A stretch of 64,000 nucleotides of DNA from an uncultured Pelagibacteraceae bacterium (GTDB lineage Bacteria > Pseudomonadota > Alphaproteobacteria > Pelagibacterales > Pelagibacteraceae): positions 30,102 through 94,101 of the forward strand of contig CACLYQ010000001.1 in the NCBI GenBank assembly GCA_902611175.1. The letters are read 5' to 3'. This document shows, in pieces, positions 29,582 to 38,467 of this stretch; positions within the stretch are counted from its first letter, which is position 1; every line of letters begins with the position of its first letter. The notes below the pieces were generated by a model, which searched no databases, had not been told where the DNA came from, and was given only the letters and a program-made list of their open reading frames with translations. A program made the position numbers and the translations under genes.

Positions 29582-30745
29582 ATGGCTTCGTTAATACAAA
29601 GTAAAATAAGCACAAAACTTAATATGTCTAGGAGAATAAGAAGAACTCCTTATACCAAAAGAGTTGAAGAGTGTGGTGTAACTGATTTTACTGTTGTAAA
29701 TCATATGCTTTTACCAAAAAGATTTCAGAAATCTGTTGAGGATGATTATTGGCATTTGAATGAACATGTTCAATTATGGGATGTGTCTTGTCAAAGACAA
29801 GTTCAGATATCAGGTCCAGATGCTAGCTTATTAGTACAAAAAATGACACCAAGATCATTAAAAAATATGGAAACTGGAAAATGTTTTTATATTCCTATGA
29901 TCGATGAAAATGCTGGAATGATAAATGATCCAGTATTGTTAAAGTTAGACGATGATATGTTTTGGATTTCTATAGCAGACTCTGATGTATTGCTTTGGGC
30001 AAAAGGTATTGCGGTTGGTTTAAATTTAAATGTGAGCATAACAGAACCGGATGTATATCCACTTGCAGTACAAGGTCCAAAGTCTGAAGATTTGATGGCA
30101 TCAATATTTGGAGAAGATATTAGAAAATTAAAATTTTTTAATTTTAGAATATTTGATTTTTTAGGAACTAAACAAGTTATTGCAAGATCGGGATATAGCA
30201 AACAAGATGGATTTGAGATATATTTTAAATGCTTTGAAGATTACTTTGATAAAAATGAAATGGGAGAAAGAATTTGGGATATAATATGGAAAGCAGGAAA
30301 AGAATTTAATATTGCTCCAGGATGCCCAAATTTAATTGACAGAATAGAAGCAGGATTAATGTCATATGGGAATGATTTTACAAAAGAAAATAATCCAATT
30401 GAATGTAACTTAGAAAAATATTGTAGTGACAAAAGCGATCATGATTTCATTGGAAAAAAAGCTTTAGATAATATTAAGAAACAAAGTGTAAAACAAAAAT
30501 TAAAAGGAGTATTATTTGATGGTGTAGATTGTCCCCCATGTTCAATTCCTTTTCCGCTATACTCAAAAGATAAGAAATTAATTGGTAAAATAACCTCAGG
30601 GATTTATTCTCCAAAATTCAAAAAAAATATTGGTTTATCCATGATTTTAAATGAATTTTGTAAAATTGGGTCAGAAGTTTTAGTACACACTCCAGATAAT
30701 AAATTAAGAAAAGGAATTGTGTCCTCTTTACCATTTTCAAAATAA
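29582..30745 (+). CDS. dmdA: DMSP demethylase-like protein (DmdA paralog)
   Basis: SRRIRRTPY, NHMLLP, HVQLWDV..RQV, NDPVLLKL, SIADSD, LAVQGPK, ARSG.SKQ, GCPNLI.RIE, SYGNDF, all DmdA-like; several pocket substitutions, so the substrate is uncertain. Confidence 0.75.
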   Translation: MASLIQSKISTKLNMSRRIRRTPYTKRVEECGVTDFTVVNHMLLPKRFQKSVEDDYWHLNEHVQLWDVSCQRQVQISGPDASLLVQKMTPRSLKNMETGKCFYIPMIDENAGMINDPVLLKLDDDMFWISIADSDVLLWAKGIAVGLNLNVSITEPDVYPLAVQGPKSEDLMASIFGEDIRKLKFFNFRIFDFLGTKQVIARSGYSKQDGFEIYFKCFEDYFDKNEMGERIWDIIWKAGKEFNIAPGCPNLIDRIEAGLMSYGNDFTKENNPIECNLEKYCSDKSDHDFIGKKALDNIKKQSVKQKLKGVLFDGVDCPPCSIPFPLYSKDKKLIGKITSGIYSPKFKKNIGLSMILNEFCKIGSEVLVHTPDNKLRKGIVSSLPFSK

Positions 30746-30768
30746 AAATTAGTGGGTATAAGACTTAT

Positions 30769-31893
30769 ATGAAAAGAGCAGTAATAGCAGGATATTCAAG
30801 ATCACCTTTTACTATGGCAAGAAAAGGTGAATTGATTGATGTTAAGCCTGTAAATATGTTTGCAGAAGTTGTTAAAAATCTTGTATCTAAAACTAAAGTA
30901 AATCCTGCTGATATAGAAGATATTGTTGTTGGGTGTGCTTTTCAGGTTGGAGAGCAGAGTTTTAATATTGGGAAACTCACAACATTTTTATCTGGAATGG
31001 AAATACATACATCTGGAATGACAGTTGATAGATGGTGTGGCTCATCTATGGAGGCTATTCACGTTGCAGCAGGTAAAATAGCAATGGGTGCAGGAAAAGT
31101 TTTCGTATGTGGAGGTGTTGAAAGTATGACTAGGGTTACAACTGGCTTTGAACCAATACCTTATCCTTACACAGATAAAGAAAATCCAAATGTCTATTTT
31201 TCAATGGGAATAACTGCTGAAAACGTTGCCAAGAGATATAAAATTTCAAGAACTGAACAACAAGAGTTTGCAATTCAAAGTCATCAAAAAGCTAATGAAG
31301 CTGAAGTTGATGGTAAATTTAAAAATGAAATAGTTGAAATTGCTGGTTGCACAAAAGATGGAAACATACGTCCAAAAAGTAATCAAGAAACTTTGGATGG
31401 TTTAAAACTTGCATTTGATCAAGAAGGAACTGTAACTGCAGCAACATCATCACCTCTTACCGACGGAGCAGCAGCAACATTGATATGTGAAGAAAGTTAT
31501 GCAAAAGAAAATGGATTAGAAATTTTAGGTAGAATTGTTGCAACTGGAGTAAAAGGTTGTGAACCTGATGTAATGGGACTTGGACCTATAGGAGCAACTA
31601 AAAAAGCATTAGAGAGAGCAAATTTATCAATTAATGATATCGATATTATAGAAATTAATGAAGCTTTTGCATCTCAATCAATTGCATGTTTAAAAGATCT
31701 TGGTGTCGATCAAAAAAAAGCTAATTTAGATGGTGGAGCTTTAGCACTGGGACACCCTCTAGGGGCAACAGGAGCGAGAATAACTGGCAAAGCTGCAGAT
31801 TTACTTAGACGTGAAAATAAGAAATATGCTTTATCTACTCAATGTATCGGTTTAGGTATGGGTATTGCAACAGTCATCGAGTCGGTAAATTAA
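30769..31893 (+). CDS. Acetyl-CoA C-acyltransferase (thiolase)
   Basis: DRWCGSS, GGVESM, DGAAA, EINEAFA, GHPLGATG, CIGLGMG. Confidence 0.95.
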   Translation: MKRAVIAGYSRSPFTMARKGELIDVKPVNMFAEVVKNLVSKTKVNPADIEDIVVGCAFQVGEQSFNIGKLTTFLSGMEIHTSGMTVDRWCGSSMEAIHVAAGKIAMGAGKVFVCGGVESMTRVTTGFEPIPYPYTDKENPNVYFSMGITAENVAKRYKISRTEQQEFAIQSHQKANEAEVDGKFKNEIVEIAGCTKDGNIRPKSNQETLDGLKLAFDQEGTVTAATSSPLTDGAAATLICEESYAKENGLEILGRIVATGVKGCEPDVMGLGPIGATKKALERANLSINDIDIIEINEAFASQSIACLKDLGVDQKKANLDGGALALGHPLGATGARITGKAADLLRRENKKYALSTQCIGLGMGIATVIESVN

Positions 31894-32748
31894 TTATCTG
31901 TTAATTCCTCTTAAACGTTCCGATCTTCTCCTAAGTAATTCTGCACTAATCAATATTAAGGTCGATAAAACGATTAAACAAGTGGCTACTGCTAGAATTG
32001 TAGGGCTTAATTGTTCTCTTAGACCTGTCCACATTTGAATTGGAATAGTTGTATTTTCAAGACCAGCTAAAAATAAAACGACTACAACTTCATCAAAAGA
32101 AGTTACAAAAGCAAACAAACCTCCTGAAATTACACCAGGTAAAATTAAGGGAAGGGTTACTTTCATAAATGTATTTACTGGATTGCTACCTAAACTAGCT
32201 GCAGCCCTCGTAACACTATGATCAAAACCTGATAATGTTGCAGTAACAGTTATTACAACAAATGGTGTTCCTAAAATTATATGAGCTAAAACTATTCCTG
32301 TATGAGTTGCCGCCAAACCTGCCTTAGCCATAAAAAAGAATATTGCAACACCAGATATAATAAGTGGAACTATCATTGGTGAAATCAAAGTTGCCATTAT
32401 GATTCCTTTAAAAGGCATATGTCTACTACTCAATCCTAATGCAGCAACTGTTCCTAAAATTACTGATCCTAAAGTTGCAAATATAGCAATAATAAAACTA
32501 TTCTTTGCAGCAAGGCCCCATGGATTTTTTGTACCGTAAACCATATCTTTGTACCATCTTAAGGAAAAAGCGTCTGGGTCTAAGTTTTTCATTCCTTCTG
32601 AAAAAACAAGAAACTCTTCTGCGTTAAATGATAAAGGAAATATTACAAACAAAGGTGCAATTAAAAAAATAAAAACAAAAGTGCATATAGCAATGTAAAA
32701 GTAGTGCCAAATTCTATATCTAGTTTCTGTATACTTTGGTAATGCCAT
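31894..32748 (-). CDS. potC: Pot-type ABC permease (PotC-like)
   Basis: PLSFN, FSLRWY, SPMIVP, AAASLG, TSFDEVV. Confidence 0.88.
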   Translation of the reverse strand: MALPKYTETRYRIWHYFYIAICTFVFIFLIAPLFVIFPLSFNAEEFLVFSEGMKNLDPDAFSLRWYKDMVYGTKNPWGLAAKNSFIIAIFATLGSVILGTVAALGLSSRHMPFKGIIMATLISPMIVPLIISGVAIFFFMAKAGLAATHTGIVLAHIILGTPFVVITVTATLSGFDHSVTRAAASLGSNPVNTFMKVTLPLILPGVISGGLFAFVTSFDEVVVVLFLAGLENTTIPIQMWTGLREQLSPTILAVATCLIVLSTLILISAELLRRRSERLRGINR

Positions 32749-32749
32749 A

Positions 32750-34012
32750 CTAACCTAACTTAATATTATCAACTCCAACTAATTTATTATAAAGCCAATA
32801 GATAACCAAAACTCCTCCGAGCAACATAAGCCCCATCGCAGAAGCAAAACTCCAATCTAAAGTAGTTTTCATATGATATGCAATTTGGTTACTAATTAAG
32901 GTTCCTGATGCTCCCCCAACTAATGCAGGTGTAATGTAATATCCAATTGCTAAAATAAAAACTAAAAGACAACCTGCCCCAATACCTGGTATTGTTAATG
33001 GAAAATATACTTTCCAAAAAGCAACAAAAGGTGTTCCACCAAGAGATTTTCCTGCTCTCATTAAACTTGGCGAGATAGTTTTCATCACACTGTAGAGTGG
33101 TAAAACCATAAACGGTAATAGAATTTGGGTCATTGCAACATAAGTTCCGACTTTGTTGTACATCATTTCTGGCCTATTATCGTCTGCCACGAGCCCAATC
33201 ATTACAAAGAAATCATTAACTACTCCTTGTTGTTGAAGTAAAATCATCCAGCTAGCTGTTCTAACTAATAATGATGTCCAAAATGGAAGAAGAACACAAA
33301 TCATTAATAAATTGCTGTACTTCATTGGGAGTGTTGCAAGTAGATGGGCTATTGGGTAACCCATTAAAAAACAGAATACAGTAACAAAGAAAGCAACCTC
33401 TACAGTTCTCAACCATAAAATTCTATGTATTCTTCTATCTTCACTAACTTGAGTAATTTTGTTATCCTCATTTAAATACATATCCATAGCTTTTAAATAT
33501 TTAGCTGAAGTATAAGGAGGCGCAGTTCTTTTAATTGCCTGCCAATATTCTACATTTCTCCATCTCTTGTGCACTTTCATTATTTGTTCTTTAATACTTT
33601 GTGTCTCGTCGATTTTATTTCTTTTTACCTGTCTAAATAATTTTTTTGTAATGGTGTTGAAACCATTTTTCTCTTTATTAAGTCTTTGAGCTAATTTTCC
33701 ATGCTCTTTTTTTTCTACAAGAATTTTAAAATCAGATAAAAATGAAGCAAATACATCTTCAGATGGAAGCTCTTTACCGTCCCACGTTTCCATAGACTTA
33801 AATGTTTTTGGAAGCATATTTGTAATCATTTTATCATCAATACTTCTTGTAAACATTTCTCCGATTGGAAAAATATAAGTAATAATCAAAAAAAGTAGTA
33901 ATGGGGCAACAAGTAAAAATGCTTTAATTTTATTTTTTCTTTCAGCTTTTTTTAAGCTTATTTCTAAAGGAATTCCGTCAGTTGTAAGTATTTGTTTTGT
34001 TTCACTGCTCAT
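32750..34012 (-). CDS. potB: Pot-type ABC permease (PotB-like, with periplasmic insertion)
   Basis: LLPFWTSLLVRT, LPFMVLPLY, AGKSLG, GYYITPALVGG. Confidence 0.88.
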   Translation of the reverse strand: MSSETKQILTTDGIPLEISLKKAERKNKIKAFLLVAPLLLFLIITYIFPIGEMFTRSIDDKMITNMLPKTFKSMETWDGKELPSEDVFASFLSDFKILVEKKEHGKLAQRLNKEKNGFNTITKKLFRQVKRNKIDETQSIKEQIMKVHKRWRNVEYWQAIKRTAPPYTSAKYLKAMDMYLNEDNKITQVSEDRRIHRILWLRTVEVAFFVTVFCFLMGYPIAHLLATLPMKYSNLLMICVLLPFWTSLLVRTASWMILLQQQGVVNDFFVMIGLVADDNRPEMMYNKVGTYVAMTQILLPFMVLPLYSVMKTISPSLMRAGKSLGGTPFVAFWKVYFPLTIPGIGAGCLLVFILAIGYYITPALVGGASGTLISNQIAYHMKTTLDWSFASAMGLMLLGGVLVIYWLYNKLVGVDNIKLG

Positions 34013-34016
34013 AAAT

Positions 34017-34044
34017 AAAAAGGGCGACTTAAAAAAGCCGCCCT
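34017..34044 (-). terminator. Hairpin + U-tract downstream of the potD-like SBP
   Basis: Minus strand AGGGCGGCTT-tttt-AAGTCGCCCT-TTTT; 10-bp stem with one G.U pair. Confidence 0.78.
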
Positions 34045-34079
34045 ATATATATTATATTATTCTAGTCTTTTATACTCTT

Positions 34080-35195
34080 TTATAGACCAGCTTTCATAGC
34101 TTCCCACTTCTCACCAAGTTCTGTACCGTTATCAGCCCAGAAAAATGGATCAACTAAAAAGTATTTTTTAGTATTTGAAGGAGCAGTTGGCATTTGTGGC
34201 ATCATTTCAGTTTTACCATCTTTGTACCAAGGCTCATTTGCTTTGATAATTTCTAAAGATGATAATCTGTATGGAGCATATGCAATATATTTAGCACTTC
34301 CAGCTAACATTTCAGTGTTAGTCATCATTGCTAAAGCTTTTTTAGCATTTGCTTCATCTGGTCCACCTTTAACAAGTGCGAAATATTCATAGTCAAGACC
34401 TTGTCCATCCCATACTTGTTTAATTGGAGCACCTTCGCCAACCTCAGCATTAAAGAATCTTCCATTCCAACCAGTTGCCATAACAACTTCACCAGAAACT
34501 AATAATTCTGGTGGTTGAGCACCTGCAGACCAGAATACACATCCACCATTTGGATCTGTACAAAGCTCTTTAATTTTATTCATAGCTCTATTAACACCAG
34601 CTTCAGTTTCTAGTAATTTGTAGATCTCTGATCCACCTTTACCCATGTAAACACCGTCACCAGCTAATGCTATTTCTAGGTTTGTTAGAGCAGATTTGTA
34701 AATAGCTCTTTTTCCTGGAAATTTTTTAGTGTTAAAGAAATCTTTTATAGTCGATGGTGTGCCGTCAACATTGTTTACGTTGTAAGCATAGTTCCAAGAA
34801 TATAAAATGTTTCCTACGGCACATTTACTTGGCATTGGAGCAAAGAAATCTTGACTTGCAGGAGTTCCATCTGGAGCTGCAGGGAAGTCTTTGTCAAAAT
34901 CGAATTCGACAAAAATTCCTTCGTCACATCCGTTGATAGTATCAAATGCGAATACATCGATAATATCCCAAGTAATAGCACCTGCTTCTTTTTGAGCTTT
35001 GATCTCAGATAATCCACCTGAATAGTCTACCCAGTTGATATCAACACCAAGAGCTTTTGCAGTTGGATCACCATACCCCAGCTTTTGAGACTCTGTATAA
35101 GCTCCACCCCAAGATGCTACTGTAACCGCAAATGCAGATGAAGTTATTGAAAGAGCAAAAGAAAGAGCAAGTAATAATTTACTTAATTTTTTCAT
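34080..35195 (-). CDS. potD: PotD-family ABC substrate-binding protein
   Basis: Signal peptide; VASWGGAY..SQ, WDIID, KKFPGKRA, GEVVMATGWNGR; strong SD GGAGG. Confidence 0.88.
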   Translation of the reverse strand: MKKLSKLLLALSFALSITSSAFAVTVASWGGAYTESQKLGYGDPTAKALGVDINWVDYSGGLSEIKAQKEAGAITWDIIDVFAFDTINGCDEGIFVEFDFDKDFPAAPDGTPASQDFFAPMPSKCAVGNILYSWNYAYNVNNVDGTPSTIKDFFNTKKFPGKRAIYKSALTNLEIALAGDGVYMGKGGSEIYKLLETEAGVNRAMNKIKELCTDPNGGCVFWSAGAQPPELLVSGEVVMATGWNGRFFNAEVGEGAPIKQVWDGQGLDYEYFALVKGGPDEANAKKALAMMTNTEMLAGSAKYIAYAPYRLSSLEIIKANEPWYKDGKTEMMPQMPTAPSNTKKYFLVDPFFWADNGTELGEKWEAMKAGL

Positions 35196-35310
35196 TTATC
35201 CTCCGTTTAAACGTTTAATATAAATTAATTTATATAAGCGAAGTACAACAAAAACGATATTCAGAGTCAACAGGCCATTTTGTTATAGGAATACTGGGAT
35301 ATTTAAGAAA

Positions 35311-36396
35311 TTATTTAGGATCTAGAGCTCTTGCGTCTTGACTGTTCCATCCTACTTTAATCTCATTGCCCAATTTTAAATCTAGCTCATTTGAGCTGTT
35401 TGGAACTTTTAAAATAAATTCTTTATTACCTAAAAGATCTAATCTTACTCTAGTATGATCACCATGGTAGATGACTTCTTCAATTTTTCCGGTTTGATTA
35501 TTATCCATTTTATCTTTTGGATTTATTAAAGCTCTCTCTGGTCTTATTGAAACTGTTGTTTTGTCACCTTTGGAACTAACTGAAATTGGATTAGCTAAAA
35601 TTTCACCATTTTGAAGTTTAACTTTACAAACATTTTTTGAAATGTCCGTCACTTCTCCACCAAAAGTATTATTTTCTCCTATAAACTCTGCAACAAACGA
35701 ATTAACTGGCTCTTCATATAATTTATCAGGACTTGATAATTGTTGAACCTTACCATCATTAAACACTGCAATCCTATTTGACATTGTTAATGCTTCTCCT
35801 TGATCGTGTGTAACGTAAACAACAGTAACACCAATATTTTCATGGATATGTTTAATTTCGTATTGCATACTTTCTCTTAAATTTTTATCTAAAGCTCCAA
35901 GGGGCTCATCCATTAAAACTACTGCTGGATCAAATACGAGAGCTCTTGCAACAGCTACCCTTTGTTGTTGTCCTCCTGACAATTGTGCAGGCATCCTACT
36001 TTCAAATCCTGAAAGAGAAACCATCGACAAAGCTTTATCTACTTTTTTATCAATCTCATCTTTTTGAACTTTTCTTACTCTTAAGGGAAATGCTAAATTT
36101 TCATAAACTGTCATATGAGGAAACAAAGCATAATTTTGAAAAACCATTCCAATTCCTCTTTTATGTGGTGGAATATTTGAAATAGGATTAGAGTCTAAAT
36201 AAATTTCGCCATTAGTTGGGGTTTCAAATCCAGCTAACATCATTAAACAAGTTGTTTTTCCTGAACCAGATGGGCCAAGCATAGTGATGAACTCGCCCTC
36301 GGAGATATTAAGATTTAAATCTTTTACTACTAAGACTTTACCATCGTAACTTTTATCAACTTTATCGAACTTAACGAATTCTGTATTTTTAGACAT
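35311..36396 (-). CDS. potA: Pot-type ABC ATPase
   Basis: GPSGSGKT, VFQNYALFPH, LSGGQQQR, MDEP, VTHDQ, TOBE tail. Confidence 0.93.
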   Translation of the reverse strand: MSKNTEFVKFDKVDKSYDGKVLVVKDLNLNISEGEFITMLGPSGSGKTTCLMMLAGFETPTNGEIYLDSNPISNIPPHKRGIGMVFQNYALFPHMTVYENLAFPLRVRKVQKDEIDKKVDKALSMVSLSGFESRMPAQLSGGQQQRVAVARALVFDPAVVLMDEPLGALDKNLRESMQYEIKHIHENIGVTVVYVTHDQGEALTMSNRIAVFNDGKVQQLSSPDKLYEEPVNSFVAEFIGENNTFGGEVTDISKNVCKVKLQNGEILANPISVSSKGDKTTVSIRPERALINPKDKMDNNQTGKIEEVIYHGDHTRVRLDLLGNKEFILKVPNSSNELDLKLGNEIKVGWNSQDARALDPK

Positions 36397-36434
36397 TCAG
36401 TGTTTAAAACATTTAAGAAGTTAATTATCAATAG

Positions 36435-37607
36435 CTAATAGTTCTTAATATGTAGCTCTTTTGGAAAATTACAGAATAATTCACAACCTTTGTCGGTAAC
36501 TCGGATTGCTTCTGATGCTTCTACTCCCCAATCACCAAACTGCATTACTGCAATCATATGAAAACAAACATTTGGTTCAAGCACTGTCATATCACCTTTA
36601 TAAATATTTAAAGTATGTTCTCCCCAATCTGGTGGATATCCAATGCCTATTGAGTAACCTGTTCTTGATTTTTTCTCAATACCATATTTATCTAAAATTT
36701 TCCAAAAAGCTTGGGCAACATCATTTGCTGTGTTTCCAGGTTTCGTAGCATCAATTCCGGCTTGTAAAGCTTCAATAGTTTTATTCATTGTATCAATTTT
36801 TAATTGATCAGGTTTACCTAATAAAATTGTTCGAGCCATAGGGGCGTGATATCTTTTATAAACACCTGAAAGTTCAATTATAGTTGCTTCACCTTCAATA
36901 AATTTATCTTGGGTTGCTGTTAAATGTGAAGCAGATGTACCTTTTCCAGTTGGAAGAAGAGTTGCGATACTAGAATACTCACCTCCAAATTCTTCTGTAC
37001 CATAAAATAGAGATTTTTGAATTTCTCCAACAGCATCGCATTGTCTTGTACCAGGTTTAATTACTTCCATTGCAGTTTGCATTCCTTTTTGAGAAATTAA
37101 AGCAGCAGACTTCATATAATTTATCTCTGCATCAGATTTAATTAATCTAGCCCAATTAACTAGTCGATCAGAGTCAATAATGTTTGCATTTGGTAACCCC
37201 TTTTTAATCTTTTCATAACAAAAAGCTGTAAAATAATGAGCATCCATTTCAACTCCAATAGACAGTTTATCCCATTTTTTTTCTTTAATTACTTTGCTCA
37301 AGTAATCATAGGGATGTTTTGGCCAAGTATGAATATAACTCTCATCATAAACAATAATATTTTCTTTATTTAAATAGGTTTTAATATATGCCCCACCTGC
37401 ATCCTGGTCTCTAACAAAGCAAATTGGTTCTTTTGAATCAACGTGCACTAATACACATTGTGCATAATAAAAAGACCAAGCATCGTAGCCTGTAAGATAA
37501 TTCATATTATTTGTGTCGTGAGAAATAATTAAATCAATTTTTTTCTCTCTCATCAGAGATTGAACTTTTAATAGTCTTTGTTTGTATTCTTCTTTTGAAA
37601 AGGACAT
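36435..37607 (-). CDS. doeA: Ectoine hydrolase-like M24 protein (DoeA/EutD family)
   Basis: FSKEEY..RL, LTGYDAWSFY, VEMDAHYF, LVNWARLIKS, SASHLT, RYHAPMART, GYSIGIGYPPDWGE. Confidence 0.78.
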   Translation of the reverse strand: MSFSKEEYKQRLLKVQSLMREKKIDLIISHDTNNMNYLTGYDAWSFYYAQCVLVHVDSKEPICFVRDQDAGGAYIKTYLNKENIIVYDESYIHTWPKHPYDYLSKVIKEKKWDKLSIGVEMDAHYFTAFCYEKIKKGLPNANIIDSDRLVNWARLIKSDAEINYMKSAALISQKGMQTAMEVIKPGTRQCDAVGEIQKSLFYGTEEFGGEYSSIATLLPTGKGTSASHLTATQDKFIEGEATIIELSGVYKRYHAPMARTILLGKPDQLKIDTMNKTIEALQAGIDATKPGNTANDVAQAFWKILDKYGIEKKSRTGYSIGIGYPPDWGEHTLNIYKGDMTVLEPNVCFHMIAVMQFGDWGVEASEAIRVTDKGCELFCNFPKELHIKNY

Positions 37608-37610
37608 AAA

Positions 37611-38351
37611 TTAATCAAACAGTCTTCCAAATCCTTTTACAGATTTATTTTCACCTATGCTTTCTAAAGACTCCCAGATTAAAGCTTGATTGCTTGAAAG
37701 AACTGGTATTCCAAGTTTATCTTCTAATTTTTGTATTAGAGGAAGAACTGGTAAAGCAGTGCAAGATACAAATAAAGCATCTGCCTCACTTACATCTAAA
37801 TTTGTAAGAACATCAAACAGATAATTTTGATCTACTTTACCAATCTCCATGTCAGAATGAATATCAAAATATGAATTTGAGGTGATTTCAAAACCAGATG
37901 ATTTAAAGTAATCAACAACATCATCATTAACTTTTTTACTATAAGGTGTGAATATAGAAAGTTTTTTAATATTTAATTTTTTTAATGCTTTCAAAGCTGC
38001 TGTACTTGGTGTTGAAAGTTTTGCCTCAGGTTTTGCTGCTTGTATTTTATTTTTAATATTATCATATCCTGCTGCAATAGTTCCTGATGTACAAGCATAT
38101 ACAACACAGTCTAATTTTTGCTCTGGCAAGATATCTCTTGTTACTTGAGTAATATTCTCTGACATTTTGATCAAATTCTCTTTAGTTAAAGGGTTGTAAC
38201 ATTCTATTCTATTTACATAAAAATCTATTTTTTTATCTTTAATTATACTTATAAAATCTTTTTCAATCACTAGATCGGTTGCTAAAGCGATAAGTCCAAT
38301 ACGTGGATTTTGGTTATTTTCAAACTTTGGTTCTATTTTTTGTGATTTCAT
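37611..38351 (-). CDS. eutA: EutA-like Asp/Glu racemase / maleate isomerase family protein
   Basis: RIGLIALATD..IEKDF, YACTSG, TPY, FVSCTAL, SSNQA two-cysteine racemase fold. Confidence 0.75.
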   Translation of the reverse strand: MKSQKIEPKFENNQNPRIGLIALATDLVIEKDFISIIKDKKIDFYVNRIECYNPLTKENLIKMSENITQVTRDILPEQKLDCVVYACTSGTIAAGYDNIKNKIQAAKPEAKLSTPSTAALKALKKLNIKKLSIFTPYSKKVNDDVVDYFKSSGFEITSNSYFDIHSDMEIGKVDQNYLFDVLTNLDVSEADALFVSCTALPVLPLIQKLEDKLGIPVLSSNQALIWESLESIGENKSVKGFGRLFD

Positions 38352-38467
38352 AAATACAATATACCACCACTTATTGATTAATCATTAAAATTTAAAAACT
38401 GCATCTAATTTCTTGAATGGTAAGAGCAAATAAACATATAATAAGAAAAATTAATTTTGAAATATAA

